Shown here: positions 10,066-22,100 of the stretch, in pieces | How the letters are laid out: each line of letters begins with the position of its first letter | Position numbering within the stretch: position 1 is the first letter of the stretch | Position numbers and translations under genes: made by a program | Assembly: GCA_002269645.1 (NCBI GenBank) | Contig: NIVC01003796.1 | Location: 1 to 24,647 of the forward strand | DNA: 24,647 nt | Reading direction: 5' to 3' | Source of the DNA: Macrostomum lignano | Lineage: Eukaryota | Notes under the pieces: model-generated | Seen by the model: only the letters and a program-made list of their open reading frames with translations | What the model was told of the DNA's origin: nothing | Database searches by the model: none

Positions 10066-10143
10066 TAATTTTTTATTTGGAAGGATAAAAGTAAAGCTAG
10101 TTCCTTTGTGAATAAATATTTGTCCATGACCCCTAATGGCTGA

Positions 10144-11245
<1,102 letters not shown>

Positions 11246-11377
11246 CGTTTTAATTTTAAAGAGCTGTTCAATCTGAGGAAAAGTGAGGAAAAATGAGACT
11301 TTCCTCACTGGCGAAAGTTTAGGCTTGGATTGGAGTGTCAGCGTGGTAAGCACTGCTTACCGTCAGACTGCTGGCGG

Positions 11378-11470
11378 TTAAGTAAAGTGCTGAACCTCGA
11401 GAGCAATAAACTTTTTCGGTGGAATTGAGAGGCCTGAGGCTGGTTTCGAAACTTGAATTTGAACTCGCGC
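11378..11470 (+). repeat. ~90-bp dispersed direct repeat, copy 2
   Basis: Aligns with 9976-10065 with a few substitutions and small indels. Confidence 0.88.
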
Positions 11471-11497
11471 CTTGAAGGGTTTCCGGTTAAATAGAAG

Positions 11498-12535
11498 CTG
11501 TTAGACAGGAGCGCCACCTGTTAGACGGAGCGCCACCTGTTAGACAGGAGCATCACCTGTTAGACAGGAGCATCACCTGTTAGACAGGAGTGTCACCAGT
11601 TAGACAGGGGCATCATCTGTTAGACAGGAGCATCACTTGTTAGACAGGAGCATCACCTGTTAGACAGGAGTGTCACCTGTTAGACAGGGGCATCATCTGT
11701 TAGACAGAAGCATCACCTGTTAGACAGGAGCATCACCTGTTAGACAGAAGCATCACCTGTTAGACAGGAGCATCACCTGTTAGACAGGAGCATCACCTGT
11801 TAGACAGGAGCATCACCTGTTAGACAGGAGTGTCACCAGTTAGACAGGGGCATCATCTGTTAGACAGAAGCATCACCTGTTAGACAGGAGCATCACCTGT
11901 TAGACAGGAGCATCACCTGTAGACAAGAGCGCCACCTGTTAGACAGGAGCGCCACCTGTTAGACGGAGCGCCACCTGTTAGATAGAAGCATCACCTGTTA
12001 GACAGGAGCATCACCTGTTAGACAGGAGCATCACCTGTTAGACAGGAGCATCACCTGTTAGACAGGAGCATCACCTGTTAGACAGGAGCATCACCTGTTA
12101 GACAGGAGCATCACCTGTTAGACAGGAGTGTCACCTGTTAGACAGGAGCATCACCTGTTAGACAGGAGCATCACCTGTTAGACAGGAGCATCACCTGTTA
12201 GCCAGGAGTGTCACCAGTTAGACAGGGGCATCACCTGTTAGACAGGAGTGTCACCAGTTAGACAGGGGCATCACCAGTTAGACAGGAGCATCACCTGTTA
12301 GACAGGAGCATCACCTGTTAGACAGGAGCGCCACCTGTTAGACGGAGCATCACCTGTTAGGCAGGAGTGTCACCTGTAAGACAGGAGAGTCACCTGTTAG
12401 ACAGGAGTGTCACCTGTTAGACAAGAGCGCCACCTGTTAGACAATAGCGTCACCTGTTAGACAGGAGTGTCACCTGTTAGACAAGAGCGCCACCTGTTAG
12501 ACAATAGCGTCACCTGTTAGACAGGAGCGTCACTA
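11498..12535. repeat. 20-bp minisatellite (CTGTTAGACAGGAGCATCAC), ~52 units
   Basis: Direct reading; variants GCGCCAC, GTGTCAC and GGGGCATC. Confidence 0.97.
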
Positions 12536-12756
12536 GTAAGGCAACCAGCAGGTCTGATACCCGGTATAAATCCCCACAAGTTACAATATCCTGTGCTCTG
12601 GAGCATCTGCAGGATGTCTGCTTCCGTAAAGCTCACAGCACAGCTGACTTCTCATGATTTATGACAACTGCTCGCAAATATATAACTGCCTCAGTGCCAA
12701 CTGATGCAGACTTCTGCTCACTCACTCGCCCAGCTTCATCCTTGGCGTCTCAGTCT

Positions 12757-13263
12757 CAGTTTCACTTGATATCTTACCCTCAGTCTCACACTTGACATCT
12801 TACCCTCAGTCTCACACTTGATATCTTACCCTCAGTCTCACACTTGATATCTCACCCTCAGTCTCACACTTGATATCTCACCCTCAGTCTCACACTTGAT
12901 ATCTCACCCTCAGTCTCACAGTTGAGATCTCACCCTCAGTCTCACAGTTGAGATCTCACCCTCAGTCTCACACTTGATATCTCACCCTCAGTCTCACACT
13001 TGATATCTCACCCTCAGTCTCACACTTGATATCTCACCCTCAGTCTCACAGTTGAGATCTCACCCTCAGTCTCACACTTGATATCTCACCCTCAGTCTCA
13101 CAGTTGATATCTCACCCTCAGTCTCACACTTGATATCTCACCCTCAGTCTCATACTTGATATCTCACCCTCAGTCTCACAGTTGAAATCTCACCCTCAGT
13201 CTCACACTTGACATCTTACCCTCAGTCTCACACCTGAGATCTCACCCTCAGTCTCACACTTGA
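12757..13263. repeat. 26-bp minisatellite (CAGTCTCACACTTGATATCTCACCCT), ~19 units
   Basis: Direct reading; period 26 (e.g. 12781 to 12807). Confidence 0.96.
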
Positions 13264-13279
13264 TGAGAAGTTGAGGGAA

Positions 13280-13370
13280 ATGAGTTTGCTATTCAAGCTC
13301 CTCATAGCAGTTTGCTATGCTCAGCTGACTTCCTTCAGACAATCAGCTGTTTCAGCTCAAGCCACTCAAG
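13280..13370 (+). CDS. Possible first coding exon with signal-peptide-like N-terminus (MSLLFKLLIAVCYAQLTSFRQSAVSAQATQ)
   Basis: ATG, a basic residue and a short hydrophobic stretch, then a strong donor CAAG|gtaaga in phase 1. No homology evidence. Confidence 0.35.
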
Positions 13371-13950
13371 GTAAGAGAAAGCCAGAGAATCCAGTTTCAT
13401 AAATTAATAAAAGAAAACTTACATTTTTATTACTATTTAAAAGTTTTACGACGCTAATCGCTTCTAAGGTTAATTGCCCGAATAAATTAAAAGCTCGAAA
13501 GCTGCTAACTCTTTGAGCAGCCCGACTCTTCGTGCCTCAGTCTGTCTCTCTCTCCTTCGCGTGAGTCCCAATGTTAGGTGATGCAGCCATTTCTTTAAGC
13601 TCCGATTAAAGGGCTATAATTAATGCATTCATTCGTATAACAGCTCAACTTGCGCCTCTGCTTTGTTAAAGAGTTGCCGAAATTTCTTGCCTCGCTCGCT
13701 GTTTCGCCTAGCAAAAAACTATAAAATAGCTTGACCAACTTTTTTGTGGCCTTGAGGCTGAATGAGCAAGGCCTGCATGAAGAATGAAGGTTGCTGCGGT
13801 TATTCTGCGCGCGAAAAAGCATGCAACTCATTATTTGATTGTCTTGGCTCTTTGCTAAAGCTTTTGCCTGCTGGTCACTTTTTGTGGCACCTTTATGATT
13901 GTTAGAGCTTTGGGTATTATGCCTTCTGCTTATTCATCTTCCTGCACTTA

Positions 13951-16824
13951 CTCCCTTCTCTCTCCCTTCTCTCTCCCTTCTCTCTCCCTTCTCTCTCCCT
14001 TCTCTCTCTCCCTTCTCTCTCCCTTCTCTCTCTCCCTCCTCTCTCCCTTCTCTCTCTCCCTTCTCTCTCCCTTCTCTCTCTCCCTCCTCTCTCCCTTCTC
14101 TCTCTCCCTTCTCTCTCTCCCTTCTCTCTCTCCCTTCTCTCTCCCTTCTCTCTCCCTTCTCTCTCCCTTCTCTCTCTCCCTTCTCTCTCCCTTCTCTCTC
14201 TCCCTCCTCTCTCCCTTCTCTCTCTCCCTTCTCTCTCTCCCTTCTCTCTCTCCCTTCTCTCTCCTTCTCTCTCCCTTCTCTCTCTCCCTTCTCTCTCCCT
14301 TCTCTCTCCCTTCTCTCCCCTTCTCTCTCCCTTCTCTCTCCCTTCTCTCTCCCTTCTCTCTCCCTTCTCTCCCCTTCTCTCTCCCTTCTCTCTCTCCCTT
14401 CTCTCTCCCTTCTCTCTCTCCCTTCTCTCTCTCCCTTCTCTCTCCCTTCTCTCTCCCTTCTCTCTCCCTTCTCTCTCCCTTCTCTCCCCCTTCTCTCTCC
14501 CTTCTCTCTCTCCCTTCTCTCTCCCTTCTCTCTCTCCCTTCTCTCTCCCTTCTCTCTCCCTTCTCTCTCCCTTCTCTCTCCCTTCTCTCTCCCTTCTCTC
14601 TCCCTTCTCTCTCTCCCTTCTCTCTCTCCCTTCTCTCTCCCTTCTCTCTCCCTCCTCTCTCCCTTCTCTCTCTCCCTTCTCTCTCTCCCTTCTCTCTCTC
14701 CCTTCTCTCTCCCTTCTCTCTCCCTTCTCTCTCTCCCTTCTCTCTCCCTTCTCTCTCTCCCTCCTCTCTCCCTTCTCTCTCCCTTCTCTCTCCCTTCTCT
14801 CTCCCTTCTCTCCCCCTTCTCTCTCCCTTCTCTCTCTCCCTCCTCTCTCCCTTCTCTCTCTCCCTTCTCTCTCCCTTCTCTCTCCCTTCTCTCTCTCCCT
14901 TCTCTCTCTCCCTTCTCTCTCCCTTCTCTCTCCCTTCTCTCTCCCTTCTCTCCCCCTTCTCTCTCCCTTCTCTCTCTCCCTTCTCTCTCCCTTCTCTCTC
15001 TCCCTTCTCTCTCTCCCTTCTCTCTCCCTTCTCTCTCCCTTCTCTCTCCCTTCTCTCTCCCTTCTCTCTCCCTTCTCTCTCCCTTCTCTCTCTCCCTTCT
15101 CTCTCTCCCTTCTCTCTCCCTTCTCTCTCCCTTCTCTCTCCTTCTCTCTCTCCCTTCTCTCTCTCCCTTCTCTCTCTCCCTTCTCTCTCCCTTCTCTCTC
15201 CTTCTCTCTCTCCCTTCTCTCTCCCTTCTCTCTCTCCCTCCTCTCTCCCTTCTCTCTCCCTTCTCTCTCCCTTCTCTCCCCCTTCTCTCTCCCTTCTCTC
15301 TCTCTCTCCTCTCTCCCTTCTCTCTCTCCCTTCTCTCTCCCTTCTCTCTCCCTTCTCTCTCTCCCTTCTCTCTCCCTTCTCTCTCTCTCCCTCCTCTCTC
15401 CCTTCTCTCTCCCTTCTCTCTCCCTTCTCTCCCCCTTCTCTCTCCCTTCTCTCTCTCCCTTCTCTCTCCCTTCTCTCTCTCCCTTCTCTCTCTCCCTTCT
15501 CTCTCCCTTCTCTCTCCCTTCTCTCTCCCTTCTCTCTCCCTTCTCTCCCCCTTCTCTCTCCCTTCTCTCTCTCCCTTCTCTCTCCCTTCTCTCTCTCCCT
15601 TCTCTCTCTCCCTTCTCTCTCCCTTCTCTCTCTCCCTTCTCTCTCTCCCTTCTCTCTCCCTTCTCTCTCTCCTTCTCTCTCTCCCTTCTCTCTCCCTTCT
15701 CTCTCCCTTCTCTCTCCCTTCTCTCTCCCTTCTCTCTCCCTTCTCTCTCCCTTCTCTCTCTCCCTTCTCTCTCTCCCTTCTCTCTCCCTTCTCTCTCCCT
15801 CCTCTCTCCCTTCTCTCTCTCCCTTCTCTCTCTCCCTTCTCTCTCCCTTCTCTCTCCCTTCTCTCTCCCTCCTCTCTCCCTTCTCTCTCCCTTCTCTCTC
15901 TCCCTTCTCTCTCCCTTCTCTCTCCCTTCTCTCTCTCCCTTCTCTCTCCCTTCTCTCTCCCTTCTCTCTCCCTTCTCTCTCTCCCTTCTCTCTCCCTTCT
16001 CTCTCCCTTCTCTCTCCCTTCTCTCTCTCCCTTCTCTCTCCCTTCTCTCTCCCTCCTCTCTCCCTTCTCTCTCCCTTCTCTCCCCCTTCTCTCTCTCCCT
16101 TCTCTCTCCCTTCTCTCTCCCTTCTCTCCCCCTTCTCTCTCCCTTCTCTCTCTCCCTTCTCTCTCCCTTCTCTCTCCCTCCTCTCTCCCTTCTCTCTCCC
16201 TTCTCTCCCCCTTCTCTCTCTCCCTTCTCTCTCCCTTCTCTCTCCCTTCTCTCTCCCTTCTCTCTCCCTTCTCTCTCCCTTCTCTCTCCCTTCTCTCTCC
16301 CTTCTCTCTCTCCTCTCTCTCTCCCTTCTCTCTCCCTCCTCTCTCCCTTCTCTCTCCCTTCTCTCCCCCTTCTCTCTCTCCCTTCTCTCTCCCTTCTCTC
16401 TCCTCTCTCTCTCCCTCCTCTCTCCCTTCTCTCCCCCTTCTCTCTCTCCCTTCTCTCTCCCTCCTCTCTCCCTTCTCTCTCCCTCCTCTCTCCCTTCTCT
16501 CTCCCTCCTCTCTCCCTTCTCTCCCCCTTCTCTCTCCCTTCTCTCTCCCTCCTCTCTCCCTTCTCTCTCCCTCCTCTCTCCTTCTCTCTCCCTCCTCTCT
16601 CCCTTCTCTCCCCCTTCTCTCTCCCTTCTCTCTCCCTCCTCTCTCTCTCCTCTCTCCCTCCTCTCTCCCTCCTCTCTCCCTCCTCTCTCCCTTCTCTCTC
16701 CCTTCTCTCTCCCTTCTCTCCCCTTCTCTCTCCCTTCTCTCTCTCTCCCTTCTCTCCCTTCTCTCTCCCTTCTCTCTCCCTTCTCTCTCCCTTCTCCCTC
16801 CCTTCTCCCCTCCCTTCTCTCCTC
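13951..16824. repeat. Pure polypyrimidine/polypurine satellite, ~(CTCTCTCCCTT)n with 11-13-bp units, 2874 bp
   Basis: No purine seen on + between A13950 and G16825. Track translations across it use only L/S/P/F (+) and E/R/G/K (-). Confidence 0.97.
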
Positions 16825-17338
16825 GCCTTTTCTATACGGTTCCATTAATAATCGTGAACGAATGGCAAATTTGGTTATGCCAAAACCATACTTGCAGCAG
16901 CCAATTTTCCCCAGTTTTTAATTGCTGAGTCGGTCGTCCAAAGCTTGAGAAAGCACACTCTCTCTCTATCTGCGCTGCATTTTGTATCCATTGTTAGTTG
17001 CATTTTTTAAAGTAATTAATTAACAACAGCAACTTTTTTTTCGTTTGCTAATTTATGAGCAGCTTTATGCTACCATAAACTCAACGCTATAGTTGAATAT
17101 GAGATTGCAAAAAGTTTTGGGAACCCTCTAAGTTAGGCATCAGAGTGTTTTTAACTGAAGAAATTTTTTCAGTAGCTTAGCAGGCACTCATGAAGCCCTG
17201 CAGCCAACTGCAATCATGATTTTTTCAATCCGCTGCAACATTGGCTGTCGCTAACAGGGGCCTTTTTGTACCCAAGTTTCACTGCACTAATATTTTTTTA
17301 ACCCTGGGAGCAGAGGATGCATTGGTCTACCATTGTAT

Positions 17339-17339
17339 A

Positions 17340-17410
<71 letters not shown>
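17339..17410. repeat. (TGTC)n microsatellite, ~18 units
   Basis: Direct reading. Confidence 0.95.
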
Positions 17411-17422
17411 TCTACTGTCTGT

Positions 17423-17760
17423 GTGTTTACGTGGACTTTTTGGAAGTTCAGTAGCCTCGTTAGCTGGACCAACCGGTGTAGGTAGACCACTTAGGTGGAC
17501 CACCAAATAATTTTGTCTCTGGTGGGGTTAAGACGTTGATGAGGATCTCACATTAATGTCAGGCGGGTCAAGAAAGGCTTAAGCAATTTTGGGATGTCTA
17601 GCATGGATTTTGCCAAAGTTATTTGCATTTCAGTTTAGCTGGACCTCCAGCCTGGTCTACCTAAACCGAGCGAGTCTGGTCCACGTAAACCGAAAAATTT
17701 CAGAAAATTTTTCGAAATCGTCTGTTTGTGTCTGTTTGTGTCTGTTTGTGTCTGTTTGTG
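17423..17760. mobile_element. Possible non-autonomous element (MITE- or Helentron/HINE-like) bounded by 12-bp inverted repeats
   Basis: GTTTACGTGGAC (17425-17436) and GTCCACGTAAAC (17679-17690) enclose further motif variants. Upstream is a (GTCT)n tract; downstream are a perfect 10-bp hairpin (17691-17714) and (TCTGTTTGTG)4. No TSD or transposase seen. Confidence 0.35.
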
Positions 17761-18890
17761 TATAGCAGTTATTAAGCATAGATTCAATGCAAAACTGAAT
17801 TTTTTACAGATCATTACCTTACGAACAAAGGGCTATGTTGGCATCATATTATGACCGCTACTGGCTTTAAAACAATATGCGTTCAGTTCTTTGACATTCA
17901 AGTAGGTGCGCAGGTTAATTAAAAATTCTGAAACCTCGTATGCGAAATGAATTTGATACAGTAAACTTTAAACTCCATTTAATTAGCTCAGTTCCAGCAA
18001 TTCCGGTATCGTACTCTGAGCACAGACTCACAGAGTAAGACACCAACGTAAAGAAATCCAATTCGCTAACCAGATCAAACGATAAAGACTCCGAGACAAG
18101 AAAGATATTTAAGTGAAGCTTAAATAGTATTCTTCAATGACTTCTCAAGAACTCCCAGTGGTCCTTGATAGCCACACTGTGTAAATGCGAATTTCTGAGG
18201 CTCTACCATTACACAAGAAGAAAATAGCAACTTCATGAATTAAGTGCTTGCCAATTCTATCCTAAACACTATGGGATATCCTGTTCTATCCTCCTCCAAT
18301 GTTGGAAGAAGAAGATCCTAAGCTGCAGCCTTTCAAGTGCAAAGTTGAAGATGCAATTTACCTAATTGAAAAGGACAATTCATACATGTACATGCAAAAG
18401 ATTTGATCAAGAGGACGCAATTAAGAAGGGCCTTTTAGCTAGCGATCGGGTCTCTGACTCTCTAGCAAAAGGTCGACTTGATTGCGGTCCCAGTAAAACT
18501 AAGAACGCATTAACAGTCAGCCTAACACTCACTGTCTGTTTGGTCCACGTAAACACATGTGCAGGAGTATAGGGTTGGAACAGACAGACAGACAGACCTC
18601 CCTTTCTATAATTGGCTGGTTAACACTTAGGAGGATAGATCCACCCCAACAATGGGACCGACCGCAGCCAATAGGAAACCCGCAAGCGTTCTGAAGGTAA
18701 GACAGTGGAGAGAGGGATATATAATGTCTAAGCGGGTGGTCCACGTAAACCATGGCGTAGTGAGACCAGACACAGACAGTTTAAAAGAAAGTACTTATAA
18801 TCCATACTATACAACTCTAAAGGATTGCAATTGTATAGATTAGAACGGTTTTTTATACTTAATAGGTCTAATGTTAATCCTTACTCCAAG

Positions 18891-19089
18891 TTTCATCCAT
18901 ATATAAATTTATTGTGCCAAAAACTGTAATCTACAACCAAGATATGATACCCGCAAAAAAGGACGCCAAGCCTAAAATAAAAACTAAAAAAACACCGTCG
19001 CAAAAAGCCACTGCGAAATCGAAGAAGCCGCATCGCCTGGTGAAAATCATCAGTCTGCTCGCAAATCCGTCGACACCGAGTCCAGAAAA
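18891..19089 (+). CDS. Possible Lys-rich exon (...MIPAKKDAKPKIKTKKTPSQKATAKSKKPHRLVKIISLLANPSTPSPE)
   Basis: Open frame 18878-19093 with strong donor AA|gtgagt at 19090. Candidate acceptors at 18890 or 18941 are both phase 1; there is also an ATG at 18944. The 5' boundary is uncertain. Confidence 0.35.
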
Positions 19090-19143
19090 GTGAGTTTCGT
19101 TTGATGATCTCAAAGTAGCTAGCTGCAGGCCTGCAACTCAATT

Positions 19144-22100
19144 GCTGTAGAGAAGCTGGTCCACCTAACCTACAGACACAACTGAATCAGCTCTCTCAGT
19201 CTGTTTGAGGCTTTGGCTCTCAGAAGGTGGTCCACCTAACCTACAGACACAACTCGAACAGATTTCTCTGTCTGTTTGAGGCTCTGGCTCTCAGAGCGCC
19301 GAGAAAGTTTAGTGCCGAGAATGCTTCAGTTTGTTAGAATGCAATCAGAACAGATTCCTAGAAAGTGAGCTAGTCCAGCATCGAGGTAGAACATCTGGAT
19401 GTGTAACGAGAGGCTCTCGGAGATTCCTGGCTCAGATTATCGCCTAGAAGTGCTGTAGAATAGCTGGTCCACCTAACCTACAGACACAACTCGAACAGAT
19501 TTCTCTGTCTGTTTGAGGCTCTGGCTCTCAGAGCCGCTGAGAAAGTTTAGTGCCGAGAATGCTTCAGTTTGTTAGAATGCAATCAGAACAGATTCCTAGA
19601 AAGTGAGCTAGTCCAGCATCAAGCAGAACATCTGGATGTGTAACGAAGTCTCTCGGAGATCCTGGCTCAGATTATCGCCTAGAAGTGCTGTGGAGTAGCT
19701 GGTCCACCTAACCTACAGACACAACTCGAACAGATTTCTCTGTCTGTTTGAGGCTCTGGCTCTCAGAGCCGCCGAGAAAGTTTAGTGCCGAGAATGCTTC
19801 AGTTTGTTAGAATGCAATCAGAACAGATTCCTAGAAAGTGAGCTAGTCCAGCATCAAGGCGGAACATCTGGATGTGTAACGAGAGGCTCTCGGAGATTCC
19901 TGGCTCAGATTATCGCCTAGAAGTGCTGTAGAATAGCTGGTCCACCTAACCTACAGACACAACTCGAACAGATTTCTCTGTCTGTTTGAGGCTCTGGCTC
20001 TCAGAGCCGCCGAGAAAGTTTAGTGCCGAGAATGCTTCAGTTTGTTAGAATGCAATCAGAACAGATTCCTAGAAAGTGAGCTAGTCCAGCATCAAGGTAG
20101 AACATCTGGATGTGTAACGAGAGGCTCTCGGAGATTCCTGGCTCAGATTATCGCCTAGAAGTGCTTTGGAGTAGCTGGTCCACCTAACCTACAGACACAA
20201 CTCGAACAGATTTCTCTGTCTGTTTAGGGCTCTGGCTCTTAGTGGTCCACATAACTACAGACACAACTGAATCAGCTCTCTCAGTCTGTTTGAGGCTTTG
20301 GCTCTCAGTAGCTGGTCCACCTAACCTACAGACACAACTCGAACAGATTTCTCTGTCTGTTTAAGAGCTCTGGCTCTCAGAGCCGCCGAGAAAGTTTAGT
20401 GCCGAGAATGCTTCAGTTTGTTAGAATGCAATCAGAACATATTCCTAGAAAGTGAGCTAGTCCAGCATCAAGGCAGAACATCTGGATGTGTAACGAAAGT
20501 CTCTCGGAGACTCCTGGCTCAGATTATCGCCTAGAAGTGCTGTAGAATAGCTGGTCCACCTAACCAACAGACACAACTCGAACAGATTTCTCTGTCTGTT
20601 TGAGGCTCTGGCTCTCAGAGCCGCCGAGAAAGTTTAGTGCCGAGAATGCTTCAGTTTGTTAGAATGCAATCAGAACAGATTCCTAGAAAGTGAGCTAGTC
20701 CAGCATCAAGGCAGAACATCTGGATGTGTAACGAAAGTCTCTCGGAGACTCCTGGCTCAGATTATCGCCTAGAAGTGCTGTGGAGTAGCTGGTCCACCTA
20801 ACCTACAGACACAACTCGAACAGATTTCCTGTCTGTTTGAGGCTCTGGATCTCAGAGCCGCGAGAAAGTTTAGTGCCGAGAATGCTTCAGTTTGTTAGAA
20901 TGCAATCGAACATATTCCTAGAAAGTGAGCTAGTCCAGCATCGAGGAGAACATCTAGATGTGTAACGAGAGGCTCTCGGAGATTCCTGGCTCAGATTATC
21001 GCCTAGAAGTGCTTTGGAGTAGCTGGTCCACCTAACCTACAGACACAACTCGAACAGATTTCTCTGTCTGTTTAGGGCTCTGGCTCTTAGGTGGTCCACA
21101 TAACCTACAGACACAACTGAAGCAGCTCTCTCAGTCTGTTTGAGGCTTTGGCTCTCAGTAGCTGGTCCACCTAACCTACAGACACAACTCGAACAGATTT
21201 CTCTGTCTGTTTAAGGCTCTGGCTCTCAGAGCCGCCGAGAAAGTTTAGTGCAGAAAATGCTTCAGTTTGTTAGAATGCAATCAGAACAGATTCCTAGAAA
21301 GTGAGCTAGTCCAGCATCAAGGCAGAACATCTGGATGTGTAACGAAAGTCTCTCGGAGACTCCTGGCTCAGATTATCGCCTAGAAGTGCTGTGGAGTAGC
21401 TGGTCCACCTAACCTACAGACACAACTCGAACAGATTTCTCTGTCTGTTTAGGGCTCTGGCTCTTAGGTGGTCCACATAACCTACAGACACAACTGAATC
21501 AGCTCTCTCAGTCTGTTTGAGGCTTTGGCTCTCAGTAGCTGGTCCACCTAAACCTACAGACACAACTCGAACAGATTTCTCTGTCTGTTTAAGGCTCTCT
21601 GGCTCTCAGAGCCGCCGAGAAAGTTTAGTGCCGAGAATGCTTCAGTTTGTTAGAATGCAATCAGAACATATTCCTAGAAAGTGAGCTAGTCCAGCATCAA
21701 GGCAGAACATCTGGATGTGTAACGAAAGTCTCTCGGAGACTCCTGGCTCAGATTATCGCCTAGAAGTGCTGTAGAATGGCTGGTCCACCTAACCTACAGA
21801 CACAACTCGAACAGATTTCTCTGTTTGAGGCTCTGGCTCTCAGAGCCGCCGAGAAAGTTTAGTGCCGAGAATGCTTCAGTTTGTTAGAACGCAATCAGAA
21901 CAGATTCCTAGAAAGTGAGCTAGTCCAGCATCAAGGCAGAACATCTGGATGTGTAACGAAAGTCTCTCGGAGACTCCTGGCTCAGATTATCGCCTAGAAG
22001 TGCTGTGGAGTAGCTGGTCCACCTAACCTACAGACACAACTCGAACAGATTTCTCTGTCTGTTTGAGGCTCTGGATCTCAGAGCCGCCGAGAAAGTTTAG

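Noticed and set aside
11508-11540. CTCF-like CAGGTGGCGC in some 20-bp units
   Set aside because: Only half of the motif, and present in a minority of units.
11498-13263. CRISPR-like regular repeats
   Set aside because: Units are head-to-tail with no unique spacers, the context is eukaryotic, and there are no cas genes.
13895-16928. ~1000-aa ORFs on both strands
   Set aside because: A pure C/T (or G/A) tract cannot contain stop codons, so these are artefacts.
18270-18420. Protein-like stretch WDILFYPPPMLEEEDPKLQPFKCKVEDAIYLIEKDNSYMYMQKI
   Set aside because: Bounded by stops, no convincing splice sites and no family I recognise. A BLASTX search could reveal a decayed TE gene.
20224-20229. 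TTAGGG in B monomers
   Set aside because: Single hexamers, not a telomeric tract.
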